64,000 bases of DNA from an uncultured bacterium (GCA_964632485.1 CAZWDO010000008.1:62001-126000); one strand, 5' to 3'. Positions 38,395 to 49,044 are shown, counted from the first letter of the stretch. A program made the numbers and translations. The notes: generated from the letters alone by a model not told the origin.

Positions 38395-40473
38395 TTATTT
38401 ACTGATTTTCTTATAATCGGCCAGGATAAAACCGCATTCCTTTATCATAAAATCAGATTTATAGAGTTTTTTTGGTTGATTTTGATCCGTTGAATCGTTT
38501 TGGGCAATTGAATCTTCTTCTGATTCATCATAACTTTCGCTATCGTCGTCCCCGTACGTTTCATCTTTTTTTAATTCTGCTCGGCGGCTACTTTCTAAAA
38601 GAGAAATCGATGTTTGCTTTTTCTTCTCCTGGTACTCGGTAATATCTTTTAAAAAGTCGTTGAATTCCTGATTGGTTTGAATTCTTTCATTATGTCTGAA
38701 TCTTAATGACGGAATGAGCTGGGTTAAATTGGGACTGTAGTTATCATACTGGGCCGGTTCAATCTGGTCCCAGATCAGGGCGCTTTTATTGGAGCTTTCA
38801 CCAATTTCATCATGATTGTAGCGCGTTGGAAATTCGATGTCGGGAATGACGCCAAGATGTTGAGTACTGCTGCCATTGATGCGGTAAAATTTGGCGTTGG
38901 TAAATTTTAATTGTCCATAGTTATCGTTGGATCCGAGGTAGCGGTTAAGTTCAGTTACATTTTGAACTGTTCCTTTTCCATAGGTTTGATTACCGATAAC
39001 AATTCCGCGGTGGTAATCCTGAATCGCCGCTGCAAAAATTTCCGAAGCGGAGGCGCTGCCTTCATCGACTAAGACCGCTAACCGGCCTGAATAGACCTGT
39101 TCGGGATCTGTATCAAATTCACTGCGAATTGCGCCATTGGCATATCGGACCTGAACAATCGGACCATCACTAATGAAGAGGCCGGAGAGTTCGACGGCTT
39201 CGCTTAGGAATCCGCCGCCATTTCGGCGCAGGTCGATGATGATACCTTCAATATTCAAATTTTCAAATTCTTTCAGGATTCGTCTTACATCATTAGTCGT
39301 GCTTTTATAATTTTCATCGCCATTGCGCTTACTATCAAAATCGGCATAAAAGGTAGGAATATCGATCACTCCGAAACAGTGTTTTCCCCCTTCATAATCC
39401 AGATAAAGCGTGTCAGCCGCTGCCGCCCGATCTTCCAGCTTTATTTTATCACGTACCAGTTGGATTGTCACTGGCAGAGAATTTTCACCATCTTTAGCGC
39501 GTAATACCTGAAGGCGCACAATTGTGGTTTTGGGTCCGCGAATCAAACGTACCACATCGTCCAGACGCCAGCCAATAACATCAACCATCTCGCCGCCAAT
39601 TCCCTGGGCAACTCCGATGATTCGATCGTTGGAATGCAGCAGACCACTTTTATCCGCCGGACCCCCAGGTACGATTTCTATGATCTTGGTGTAATCATTA
39701 TCGCTTTGCAATGAAGCGCCGATCCCTTCCAACGATAAACTCATGTTGATTTTGAAATCTTCCGAATTTTTGGGTGAAAAATATGTCGTGTGTGGATCGA
39801 TACTTTCAGTAAATGAATTGATAAACAACTGGAATACTTCTTCAGTTTCATATTGAATCATACGCTTTTTTAAATTTTTGTAGCGCTTTTCAAGCGTTTC
39901 CTGAATTCCTTGATTATTCTTATTGGCTAATTTCAAGCTTAACGCCTCATTTTTCAACCGCTTGTACCAAATAGTGTCCAATTCACCGACTGACGCCGCC
40001 CAAGGCAGGCTATCCCGCTTGGGTGTATATGTCTCATTGATTGTAAAATCAAAGGGGGTCTGGATTGCTTTCAGAGCATAATCGATCCGTTCGATAAATC
40101 GGGCGCGGAATCTATTAAAAATCAAATAGGCGGCATCCAAATTGCCGTTCAGAATATCATTGTCAAATTGATATCGATCATTATCGAATTCATTAATATC
40201 GCTTTTAAGAAAATAAATCCGATTAAAATCCATATTTCGTAAATATTCATTATAAAGAAATGAGGAAAGAGAATCATCAAGGAAAAAACGTTTATAATGG
40301 TTTTTCATTAAAAACTGAGCAATAATCTGTTCCAGTTTGGCATGATGTTTTTCAGGATACAATTGGCTGTAAGTAGTATCGTTGAACTGGCTCTTAACAG
40401 TTGCCGGTTTAGCAGTCAAAGCCGTAAGCAGGAATAAGACGATCCATACAATGTAAAAGGTATGAAATTTCAT
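38395..40473 (-). CDS. prc: Tail-specific (C-terminal processing) protease, S41A
   Basis: DPHTTYFSP, PDZ EGIGA, DLRRNGGG, SASASEIFA, TYGKGTVQ, STQHLGVIPDI. Confidence 0.92.
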   Translation of the reverse strand: MKFHTFYIVWIVLFLLTALTAKPATVKSQFNDTTYSQLYPEKHHAKLEQIIAQFLMKNHYKRFFLDDSLSSFLYNEYLRNMDFNRIYFLKSDINEFDNDRYQFDNDILNGNLDAAYLIFNRFRARFIERIDYALKAIQTPFDFTINETYTPKRDSLPWAASVGELDTIWYKRLKNEALSLKLANKNNQGIQETLEKRYKNLKKRMIQYETEEVFQLFINSFTESIDPHTTYFSPKNSEDFKINMSLSLEGIGASLQSDNDYTKIIEIVPGGPADKSGLLHSNDRIIGVAQGIGGEMVDVIGWRLDDVVRLIRGPKTTIVRLQVLRAKDGENSLPVTIQLVRDKIKLEDRAAAADTLYLDYEGGKHCFGVIDIPTFYADFDSKRNGDENYKSTTNDVRRILKEFENLNIEGIIIDLRRNGGGFLSEAVELSGLFISDGPIVQVRYANGAIRSEFDTDPEQVYSGRLAVLVDEGSASASEIFAAAIQDYHRGIVIGNQTYGKGTVQNVTELNRYLGSNDNYGQLKFTNAKFYRINGSSTQHLGVIPDIEFPTRYNHDEIGESSNKSALIWDQIEPAQYDNYSPNLTQLIPSLRFRHNERIQTNQEFNDFLKDITEYQEKKKQTSISLLESSRRAELKKDETYGDDDSESYDESEEDSIAQNDSTDQNQPKKLYKSDFMIKECGFILADYKKISK

Positions 40474-40564
40474 TGAACCCTCTTTGAATTAGGTTAAAAC
40501 TTTTCAAAATAAACTGATATTACTGGAAAAAGTTCCAAAAAAGATATTGATTTTTTCCTGACTT

Positions 40565-40573
40565 TGATATAAT
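40565..40573 (+). promoter_or_regulatory. Extended -10 promoter upstream of cysE
   Basis: TGA-TATAAT; GGAGG RBS before the GTG start. Confidence 0.5.
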
Positions 40574-40605
40574 TTATACAGTTTAACACCTGAAAAGGAG
40601 GCTCT

Positions 40606-41496
40606 GTGCAACGCATACACGATTGGATGAACGAACGGCTACCCGGGATTGTTCAAAAGCTCGAAATGGATATTAATAAACAATCGAATCCTCATTCCAT
40701 TGAGGAGATCAATTTAAGCAGCCGCCATGTGATTTATGATATTTTAGATGATTTGTTGGGCATTTTATTTCCCAATGCTTATAGTCGGGAATCAGTTTCC
40801 AGGGATGAACTTAATTTTTATTTGAATGATCAATTGCGCCACATTGGTTTTCGCTTGGGAAAATATATCCGGGAAGTATTTAAACATCGGTGCTACCTGC
40901 AGAAGTGTGAAAATTGCCGGTGCGAAGATCGGGCGGATGAAGCGCTCGAACATTTGATCGAATCTTTGCCGTCCATTCGAGCTATATTGATGGAGGATAT
41001 CCAGGCTGCCTACGATGGCGATCCGGCAGCGCGTTCCTATGATGAAATTATTCTTAGTTATCCTTGCATCGAAGCGATAGCCACTCACCGCCTGGCGCAT
41101 CTTCTCTATGAACTTGATGTGCCGATTATCCCCCGGATTATGTCGGAACGGTCCCATTCTCGTACGGGGATCGACATCCATCCAGGCGCTACGATTCAGG
41201 CTCGTTTTTTCATTGACCATGGAACCGGTGTGGTGATTGGCGAAACGTGTCGGATCGGCCGAAATGTCAAAATTTATCAAGGAGTAACCCTGGGCGCCCT
41301 TTCCTTCCCACTGGATGATAGTGGGCATCCTATCAAAGGCAATAAACGGCATCCCGATATTGAAGACGATGTAATTATTTATGCCAACACGACGATATTG
41401 GGTGGAAAAACCGTCATCGGCAAGGGCGCGATCGTTGGCGGTAATAATTGGATCATCGAATCAGTTCCCCCGGGTTCAAAAATATACCGAAAGTAG
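40606..41496 (+). CDS. cysE: Serine O-acetyltransferase
   Basis: GDPAA, HRLAH, TGIDIHPGA, FIDHGTGVVIGET, YQGVTLG, KRHP hexapeptide region. Confidence 0.92.
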   Translation: MQRIHDWMNERLPGIVQKLEMDINKQSNPHSIEEINLSSRHVIYDILDDLLGILFPNAYSRESVSRDELNFYLNDQLRHIGFRLGKYIREVFKHRCYLQKCENCRCEDRADEALEHLIESLPSIRAILMEDIQAAYDGDPAARSYDEIILSYPCIEAIATHRLAHLLYELDVPIIPRIMSERSHSRTGIDIHPGATIQARFFIDHGTGVVIGETCRIGRNVKIYQGVTLGALSFPLDDSGHPIKGNKRHPDIEDDVIIYANTTILGGKTVIGKGAIVGGNNWIIESVPPGSKIYRK

Positions 41497-41502
41497 GTTC
41501 CT

Positions 41503-42636
41503 ATGTCTGATATGCCGATATTCCAGCACGCCCGGCGCATTGTAATAAAAATCGGCAGCGCTGTTTTGGATCAAGCGCTTGCTACCGAGGATTATACGAT
41601 GTTCGCGGATTTGATCGGGGCTATGGCGCATTACGTTAACCTTGGCAAGGAACTGATTTTAGTGACTTCCGGGGCCGTCAGCACGGGTATGCGCATGACT
41701 GATTTAAAGGAAAAACCGCATGAAATTGTTAAAAAACAAGCATTGGCCGCTATCGGTCAAACTAAATTGATGCAATTGTATCATGAGCATTTCTGGAGCC
41801 ATCGCATCCAAACCGGTCAGGTCCTGTTGACGCGTGAAAGCTTCGAACATCGTCGGCAGTCTTTGAACTTGCGTTATACTCTTGAGGAATTGCTCGCTAA
41901 TCGGGTTGTACCGATTATCAATGAAAATGATTCGGTGGCTATTGAGGAGTTGCGCTATGGAGACAATGACCAATTATCTGCATTAACAGCGATTCATATC
42001 CAGGCACAGTTGATTATTTTTTTAACGACCGTCGATGGAGTTTATACTCAAAATCCGGCCATCAATCCCCAAGCCCGCTTTTTAGATACGATCGACCTGA
42101 CTCAGATTAAAGAATTAAGCGCCTTAGCTCAAGGAAAATCGACTGTCGGTTCGGGAGGCATGGCATCGAAACTCAATGCAGCGGAATTAGTCGCACAGGC
42201 AGGTATCGCCGCAATTATTTGCCAGGGTAAGGATATGGGTACTCTCTATCGGATTGCCGATGGAAAGGCAGCAGGAACTTTTATTGCGGCTGTCGATACC
42301 GGATTCAGCGCTTGGGAAAAATGGCTGATGGCTAATAGTTCGGCCAGAGGTAAACGTATCTATGTTGATTTGGGAGCGGTAAATGCTCTACGCGAAAATG
42401 GGAGAAGTCTTCTTTCCTCCGGTATTACAACTATTTCCGGTACTTTTCAAAAGGGAGATGTGGTAAAAGTGATGGATGCGCAGCACCGACCGATCGCTAA
42501 AGGTATTGTCAATTACAGTTCTTTTGAGATCGAACGTATTAAAGGCTTACAATCCAATGAAATCGAACAGGTTTTAGGCTATGAGGCTTACCCGGAAGTG
42601 ATTCATCGAAACAATATGGTAATTTTACCTCAATAA
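41503..42636 (+). CDS. proB: Glutamate 5-kinase with PUA domain
   Basis: VIKIGS, VTSGAV, INENDSV, GDNDQLS, GSGGMASKL, C-terminal PUA domain ending VIHRNNMV. Confidence 0.95.
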   Translation: MSDMPIFQHARRIVIKIGSAVLDQALATEDYTMFADLIGAMAHYVNLGKELILVTSGAVSTGMRMTDLKEKPHEIVKKQALAAIGQTKLMQLYHEHFWSHRIQTGQVLLTRESFEHRRQSLNLRYTLEELLANRVVPIINENDSVAIEELRYGDNDQLSALTAIHIQAQLIIFLTTVDGVYTQNPAINPQARFLDTIDLTQIKELSALAQGKSTVGSGGMASKLNAAELVAQAGIAAIICQGKDMGTLYRIADGKAAGTFIAAVDTGFSAWEKWLMANSSARGKRIYVDLGAVNALRENGRSLLSSGITTISGTFQKGDVVKVMDAQHRPIAKGIVNYSSFEIERIKGLQSNEIEQVLGYEAYPEVIHRNNMVILPQ

Positions 42637-43313
42637 CCCTCTTTGCCAATCAGAGGGACAAAAATGCAGGGGATATCCACTTGGATATCAACGCATTGCT
42701 TATGCATTCTGATAAGGGTCAGGACCTGATAACTTTTTGATCCCACAGGAACGGCCATAATGCTATCCTCCATATTCATTTGGCCTCGTAAAATTTCTGG
42801 AATCGTCGGGGCGGCTGCGGTGATGATAATACGATCATAGGGGGCAAAATCGCGCCACCCTAAGGTGCCATCTCCGATATGAAAATGAATATTAGCTAAT
42901 TCCTGGCGGGCTAAATTTTTTTGGGCAGCCAGGCTCAGCGATTCGATGCGCTCGATGGTATAAACTTCCCGCGCCAGTTGTGCTAATATAGCTGTCTGAT
43001 ACCCCGAGCCTGTACCAATTTCCAATACCGATTCGCATCCCTTGAATTCGAGCTTTTCGGTCATATAAGCTACCATATAGGGCTGGGAAACAGTCTGTCC
43101 TTCGAGGAAGGGGAGTGGACAATCGTTGTAGGCCATGTCCCGTAGTTCATCCCCTACAAAGAGATGCCGGGGTGTGTTGCGCATGGCCTCCAACACCCTG
43201 GAGTCTTTAATTCCCCGGCTCAGGATTTGTTTTTCCACCATTGAGAAGCTTTCGAGTCTCCATTCGTCAATCATTTTGCGCCTCATTTTTTTTTGGACTT
43301 CAAATGGGTTCAA
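42630..43313 (-). CDS. pcm: Protein-L-isoaspartate O-methyltransferase (true start may lie a few codons further in)
   Basis: PRHLFV, GQTVSQPYMVA, LEIGTGSGYQTA, APYDRIIITAA, FVPLIG. Confidence 0.95.
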   Translation of the reverse strand: MNPFEVQKKMRRKMIDEWRLESFSMVEKQILSRGIKDSRVLEAMRNTPRHLFVGDELRDMAYNDCPLPFLEGQTVSQPYMVAYMTEKLEFKGCESVLEIGTGSGYQTAILAQLAREVYTIERIESLSLAAQKNLARQELANIHFHIGDGTLGWRDFAPYDRIIITAAAPTIPEILRGQMNMEDSIMAVPVGSKSYQVLTLIRMHKQCVDIQVDIPCIFVPLIGKEGY

Positions 43314-43468
43314 TCAATTATAGTTAGAACGCAATCCCAATCATTTAATTCATTTAGGCTCAAATAATCTACAACCCCGCATTCCGCAAAAAATTAAACT
43401 GTCGAAGTTGCGAATTGTTCCAAAGAGTTAGAATAGTCGTAAGAGATAAAAATTAACCAAATTTTAAC

Positions 43469-43497
43469 TTGACAATAATAGAAATTTTTATTATTAA
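43469..43497 (+). promoter_or_regulatory. sigma70-type promoter upstream of the aminotransferase-phoBR operon
   Basis: TTGACA at 43469-43474 and an AT-rich -10 region. Confidence 0.5.
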
Positions 43498-43713
43498 TTA
43501 AGCGTATCTATTGGATTTTAATCTATTATTTGAGGGGAATTCAATCACGGGGCGATTGAGTCAATTATTATCTGTGAAATCACCCGTGACGTTCATAATG
43601 GTAACATGAATGGAGAGTAAGTCTTCCGGATTTGGAGTATGTTCGAGCGCTCAGGATTGATTGACCGAATGATGGGATTGAATAATAAGTATTACTACAC
43701 AAAAGGAGATAAT

Positions 43714-44961
43714 ATGTCGAAACTTGCCTTGCTGGGTGGCTCTGCGATCCGTACTCGGCCTTTTATGGGTTGGCCGGAAGTGGATATGGACAAGATGGAA
43801 ACCGCATTATTGCGGGTTTTGCATAGTAAAAAATGGGGGAGTTTGCATGGGAGCGAAACCCGGCAGTTTGAGACTGAATTTGCGGCTTATCAGGATGCCC
43901 GTTTTGGGATCGCTTGCAGCAATGGTACGATCGCGTTGCAAATTGCGCTCAATGCATTAGAGATCGGTCCGGGGGATGAGGTCATTTTGCCTGCTTATAG
44001 TTTTATCGCCAGCGCGGTTGCGGTGTTGGGATGCCGCGCAATTCCTGTTTTCGCCGATATGGACCCTGAAACATATACGATCGATATAGAGTCGGTTGAG
44101 TCATTGATCAGTGAACGCACCCGGGCAATAATGCCGGTGCATATTGGAGGGCGTCCGGCGGATATGGATGCGCTGGAAAACCTTGCTCAAAAACATGGAT
44201 TGGTTATCGTTGAAGATGCCGCCCAGGCTTGGGGATCCGTCTATAAAAATCGTAAAGTCGGCGCGATTGGGCAGTGTGGTACCTTTAGTTTTCAATCATC
44301 CAAGAATATTACATCGGGTGAAGGTGGAATCATCTTGACGAATGATGAAAACCTGGCCGGGAGGATTGCTTCCTGGGTCAATTGTGGCCGAAAAAAAGAC
44401 GGGTTATGGTACGCTCATTATTTACCGGCTGGGAACCAGCGATTAACAGAATTTCAATCCGCAGTTTTGCGCGCCCAATTGGAAGACTATGATCATCAAA
44501 AAACAATCCGGCAGAAAAACGCGCGGTTCCTTGATCAAAAATTGCAGTCGTTGCCATGTTTCCGTCCTATTAGCGCAAATGATGATTATCAGAGTTCAAT
44601 CCACATCTACATCGTTCGTTATTTTCAAGAAGAAGCCGGCGGTATTCCCAAGTCACGCATGATTGATGCCCTGAAGGCTGAAGGATTGATGACCCATGGG
44701 GGATATTCACTCCCTTTATATGAACAGCCTGTTTTTTCGGAATCCCATTTTTTCCCAAAAAATTGCCCGTTTGAATGCAAACATAGCAATGTTGTGAGAG
44801 ACTATAGTTCGATCCGGTTACCTCATAGTGAAAAAGCGTGTCGTGACGAGGCAATTTGGATTCCTCAATCCCTTTTTCTTGGAAGTGAGTCTGATATGAT
44901 GGATATTGTCGCGATTTTTGAAAAAGTCTTTGAAAATCATAAGGATTTATTTGATGGATAA
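43714..44961 (+). CDS. DegT/DnrJ/EryC1/StrS-family PLP aminotransferase (RifK/BtrR-like branch)
   Basis: AAGGAG before the ATG at 43714; SNGTIAL, EDAAQAWG, FSFQSSKNITSGEGG, RLTEFQSAVL. Confidence 0.88.
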   Translation: MSKLALLGGSAIRTRPFMGWPEVDMDKMETALLRVLHSKKWGSLHGSETRQFETEFAAYQDARFGIACSNGTIALQIALNALEIGPGDEVILPAYSFIASAVAVLGCRAIPVFADMDPETYTIDIESVESLISERTRAIMPVHIGGRPADMDALENLAQKHGLVIVEDAAQAWGSVYKNRKVGAIGQCGTFSFQSSKNITSGEGGIILTNDENLAGRIASWVNCGRKKDGLWYAHYLPAGNQRLTEFQSAVLRAQLEDYDHQKTIRQKNARFLDQKLQSLPCFRPISANDDYQSSIHIYIVRYFQEEAGGIPKSRMIDALKAEGLMTHGGYSLPLYEQPVFSESHFFPKNCPFECKHSNVVRDYSSIRLPHSEKACRDEAIWIPQSLFLGSESDMMDIVAIFEKVFENHKDLFDG

Positions 44962-45637
44962 ACTGGTAGTCGTTGTTGATGACGAGCTGGATATTTTAAA
45001 TCTGATCGGGCTTCATTTGACGAGGGCAAATTATAAGGTTAAACAGTTTCAGGCGATTAAAGGGTTTAGGGAATTTATCCAATTGCAGCAACCGGACCTG
45101 ATTATTTTGGATCTGATGTTGCCGGATGGCGATGGACTGGAATTATGTAAGAGCTTGAAAAAGGAATCTCGTTTTTCTTCAATTCCCATTATCATTTTAT
45201 CCGCTAAGGGCGAAGAAGTGGATAAAATATTGGGTTTGGAGCTGGGGGCGGATGATTATGTGACCAAACCATTTTCTCCCAAGGAATTGCTTGCGCGTGT
45301 CAAGGCGATTTTACGACGGCATACCATTGAGAGCCCCAGTCCTATAATCACGCTGGGGAATTCTATTGTGATCCATACGGAACGCTATGAAGTCACAAAT
45401 CAGGGCCAGAAAATTGAATTAACCTCGACCGAATTCAAGATATTAGCGCTTCTTGCCGGGAAAAAAGGACGGGTTTTCAGTCGGGATCAGATTTTGGACC
45501 ACCTCTGGGGGGATGATAAGATTGTGATTGACCGGACGATTGACGTTCATATTCGGAATTTACGGGATAAATTAGGTTTGATTGCCGGGGCATATATCAA
45601 AAATGTCCGCGGAATCGGGTATAAGGTGGATGAATGA
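44954..45637 (+). CDS. phoB: OmpR-family response regulator, PhoB/PhoP-like
   Basis: REC with LDLMLP and GADDYVTKPFS; winged helix RTIDVHIRNLRDKL...VRGIGY; coupled to a PhoR-like kinase and next to a Na/Pi transporter. Confidence 0.75.
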   Translation: MDKLVVVVDDELDILNLIGLHLTRANYKVKQFQAIKGFREFIQLQQPDLIILDLMLPDGDGLELCKSLKKESRFSSIPIIILSAKGEEVDKILGLELGADDYVTKPFSPKELLARVKAILRRHTIESPSPIITLGNSIVIHTERYEVTNQGQKIELTSTEFKILALLAGKKGRVFSRDQILDHLWGDDKIVIDRTIDVHIRNLRDKLGLIAGAYIKNVRGIGYKVDE

Positions 45638-47382
45638 GAATTTCATTTTTTTCAAAGATTTTTCTTGGTTTTTTTGTTGTGATTCTGCTGTTCAGTTCGT
45701 TTTTAGTCTATTTTTCGCTAACACTAATTGAGGACCAGACACGATCGATTTATCGAAATCAAATGGTTAAACAGGCTAAAATGTTACGATACCAAATTGA
45801 ACAACTCGGTCTTGCAAATGATTCGAGCCTGGTTTTCAATTACCTGAAAACACAAAGCGATTCGTTGCAATTTAGAATTACGCTCATCGAAGAATTCGGT
45901 CATGTCTTATTTGATTCAAAAGTGGACGCCCAGCAGATGGAGTTGCATAATGACCGTATCGAGATTTTAAAAGCCTTGCATGATAGTATGGGATCGTCTT
46001 ATCGCTATAGTCGGACGACACAGGAAGAGATGCTGTATGTTGCCTTAACGATTCAGCAATCGGGATCTCCCCGCGTTATCCTGCGAGTTAGTGTCTTTTC
46101 CACTCAGATTGACAGTTTATTGAAACGGTTGAAGCGGAATATAATTATCCTGACGTTGATATTGCTTATTTTTTCACTGATTGTTTCCGCTTATCTGGCG
46201 CGTCATATCACCCGGCCGTTGAAACAGGTCGTGCAGAGTTTTCGTCGGGTCAGCGCTGGTGATCTCGATATCCGCCTTTTGTTGAATAATCAGGATGAGA
46301 CTCGTGAACTGGCAACGAATTTTAACATGATGGTAGCAACTATTCAAAAACTAGTCAATCAATACGCCCATCAGAAAGATCAGCTTAATCTAATTCTTTC
46401 GCAAATACAGGAAGGGATCATGGTCATCGATAAAAAAAGCAAAATATCGATGGTTAATCCTCCCCTTATAAAAATGTTCAATTTCAGCAACTCTCCGGTG
46501 GGAAAATTCTATTGGGAAGTTATTCATGACCTGAATCTGGATAGTTTAATCAAACGGATTGGCCCCGAATTGGATCATACTAATTGTGAAATGACGCGCG
46601 AACATTTTGTGTTTTATTGTTCTGGGGCTTTAATTCAACAGAATAATGAAATCGTTATTACGTTTATCAATATTTCTACAATCCGGCAATATGATGAATT
46701 GAAGAAAAGTTTTGTCGCCAATGTATCCCATGAATTGCGGACGCCGCTGACAGCTATTCAGGGTTATGTAGAAACTCTTACGGAATCTCTGGAAGGCGAA
46801 AATAAGCAGTATATTGATATCATTGATCGCCATACGCATCGTTTGACGAATATCGTCAATGATTTGTTGATTCTTTCTTCTTTGGAAGACCGCAAAAAGA
46901 AAATATTGTATCAAACGATTGAAATTGCTTCCTGGTTTCATTTAGTGTTGAAATTGTTTGAGAAACGGTGCCTGGAAAAAAATCTGGAATTGCGTTTTGT
47001 GAATGAATCCGGATTGGACCAATTTGAGGGAGATCCGGTTTTGCTGGAACAGATGATAATAAATTTGTTGGATAACGCCATTAAATTCAGCGAGTCAGGA
47101 TTTATTGAAATAAGGTTGCGCAAAAGTGATGAACCCCAGGCGCTCATTTTTTGTATTCGTGATACAGGGATTGGTATCGCTCCCCAGCATCTTGATCGTA
47201 TCTTTGAACGTTTTTATGTGGTTGATCCTTCGAGGTCACGACAATTGGGTGGAACGGGATTGGGATTGTCGATCGTCAAGCATATCGTTCTCATGCATCA
47301 GGGCAAGATCGATATCAAAAGTGAACTCAATCAGGGAACGGAAGTGACAATCCAACTACCTTTAAATCGAGAGGGTTTCTAA
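45634..47382 (+). CDS. phoR: Sensor histidine kinase, PhoR-like (TM-sCache-TM-HAMP-PAS-HisKA-HATPase)
   Basis: FVANVSHELRTPLTAIQGYVETL, NLLDNAIK, RIFERFYVVDPSRSRQLGGTGLGLSIVKH. Confidence 0.8.
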   Translation: MRISFFSKIFLGFFVVILLFSSFLVYFSLTLIEDQTRSIYRNQMVKQAKMLRYQIEQLGLANDSSLVFNYLKTQSDSLQFRITLIEEFGHVLFDSKVDAQQMELHNDRIEILKALHDSMGSSYRYSRTTQEEMLYVALTIQQSGSPRVILRVSVFSTQIDSLLKRLKRNIIILTLILLIFSLIVSAYLARHITRPLKQVVQSFRRVSAGDLDIRLLLNNQDETRELATNFNMMVATIQKLVNQYAHQKDQLNLILSQIQEGIMVIDKKSKISMVNPPLIKMFNFSNSPVGKFYWEVIHDLNLDSLIKRIGPELDHTNCEMTREHFVFYCSGALIQQNNEIVITFINISTIRQYDELKKSFVANVSHELRTPLTAIQGYVETLTESLEGENKQYIDIIDRHTHRLTNIVNDLLILSSLEDRKKKILYQTIEIASWFHLVLKLFEKRCLEKNLELRFVNESGLDQFEGDPVLLEQMIINLLDNAIKFSESGFIEIRLRKSDEPQALIFCIRDTGIGIAPQHLDRIFERFYVVDPSRSRQLGGTGLGLSIVKHIVLMHQGKIDIKSELNQGTEVTIQLPLNREGF

Positions 47383-49044
47383 CCGGCCTTTGGTGACGCC
47401 GCGGTAAATAAAGTTTTTCGATGCCGCCTTTACGATATTCTTCAAGTGATCACCGATTTTTTCTATATTGTCAATAAAATCGATAATATTCAGGCCGGAA
47501 TGCGCGTCACACTGACCGCTTTGAATCATTTCTACTGCGCGATCCCGTAAATCCTGCTGGTTCTGGTTGATTTGGCCTTCCAGTTCAATGACCTTATAGC
47601 TATCGTTCAGGTTTGAAGTTTCAAGAAAATTATTGACAAATTTGATCATCTGCATAATCTTTATATGAGAATTTTTAATCTCTTCGATAAAGGGCGGATT
47701 CTTCATGGTTTTGTTTTTTCTCATCATTTGCTGGAAGATTTCATTTAAATTAATGGCATGGTCCCCCAACCGCTCAATATCATTTACTGAATGCAACAGC
47801 GAAGGAATTTTATGGAAATTATCATCACTGAGTTCGTGCTCACTCAGTTCAATTAAAAATAGCGTGATCTCTTTTTGCATATGATCGATGGCGTTTTCAA
47901 GTTTTTCAACTCTTTCAAATTGCTTGTAATCTTTATTCAAAAAACCATCGATTGACGAATTGATCGCCATCTCCGATAATTTTAACATCTCACCGAGTTC
48001 ACGTATGGTCTGATCGATCGCCATTTCGGGATTTTGCAGCAATTGCCGGTTAATAAATTTAGGTTCGCCGATACGGGAAATCTCTATTCCTTCTCCTTTA
48101 ATGAGTTTAAGAGCAATCTTTTCGTAGAAAGGGATAAGAGGTATTGAAATAAACGTGTTGAAAATGTTGAAGAATGTGTGAGAGTTGGCGATATGTCGGG
48201 CAATGGTTGCCTCATTGATGATGCCGGGGGTCAAATAGTCAATCAGCCATGGATAGAAATGCAACCAGGTCAGCACACCAAAGATAATCGTTCCGAAAAT
48301 ATTGAACATACTGTGCACCACGCATACCCGACGGGTTGTTTTTTGGGCGGCGATACCGGCCAGCCATGCGGTAATAGTGGTTCCGATATTATCTCCGTAA
48401 ACGAGGTAAAGCGCTCCTTCAAAAGGTATTAGCCCGTTACTGGCAAGAGCAATGACGACCCCAATCGATGCTGACGAACTTTGTATCAGGATTGTAAAAA
48501 TTGTTCCCGTCAGAATTCCGGTCAGCGGGTTGGAACTGAGAGCGACCAGGATTTCCTTGGCAGCCGGGGAATTTTGTAATGGTTTTAGCGCATCGGTCAT
48601 AGTATTCAGGCCAATAAAGATCAATCCAAAACCAAAAATAATCAAACCCCAGTTTTCCGCTATGCTTTTACGGCGGTTAAAGATGCTGATGGCGCCCAAA
48701 ATGATAAAAAACCAGGCATATTTTGATATTTTAAAGGCAATGAGCTGAGCGGTTACGGTTGTTCCGATGTTTGCTCCCATAATAACACCGATTGATTGGG
48801 ATAAAGTAATGATCCCCGCATTCACCAATCCAACGATCATCACCGTAGTGGCGCTGCTGCTTTGGATAATTGAGGTAACAATGGTACCGGCGGCAATCCC
48901 TTTTAAAGGTGTATCAGTAATCGTCTTTAAAATCTGTTTCATCCGATGTCCGGCTACTTTTTGCAATCCATCATTCATACGTTTCATACCGATGAGAAAC
49001 ATCGCTAAACCGCCGAAAAGCTCTAAAATGTAATAGAGATTCAT
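47362..49044 (-). CDS. Na+/phosphate cotransporter family protein with PhoU-like C-terminal domains
   Basis: Two QSSS repeats, GANIGTT and GDNIGTT; C-terminal DIERLGDHA and NIEKIGDH. Confidence 0.92.
   Translation of the reverse strand: MNLYYILELFGGLAMFLIGMKRMNDGLQKVAGHRMKQILKTITDTPLKGIAAGTIVTSIIQSSSATTVMIVGLVNAGIITLSQSIGVIMGANIGTTVTAQLIAFKISKYAWFFIILGAISIFNRRKSIAENWGLIIFGFGLIFIGLNTMTDALKPLQNSPAAKEILVALSSNPLTGILTGTIFTILIQSSSASIGVVIALASNGLIPFEGALYLVYGDNIGTTITAWLAGIAAQKTTRRVCVVHSMFNIFGTIIFGVLTWLHFYPWLIDYLTPGIINEATIARHIANSHTFFNIFNTFISIPLIPFYEKIALKLIKGEGIEISRIGEPKFINRQLLQNPEMAIDQTIRELGEMLKLSEMAINSSIDGFLNKDYKQFERVEKLENAIDHMQKEITLFLIELSEHELSDDNFHKIPSLLHSVNDIERLGDHAINLNEIFQQMMRKNKTMKNPPFIEEIKNSHIKIMQMIKFVNNFLETSNLNDSYKVIELEGQINQNQQDLRDRAVEMIQSGQCDAHSGLNIIDFIDNIEKIGDHLKNIVKAASKNFIYRGVTKGRLETLSI

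Noticed and set aside
40792-41352. 186-aa antisense ORF
   Set aside because: Shadow of cysE with no RBS or recognisable motif
42630-47382. Convergent 3' overlaps (proB/pcm 7 bp; phoR/Na-Pi transporter 21 bp) as antisense regulation
   Set aside because: Short tail-to-tail overlaps are common in compact genomes and there is no further evidence
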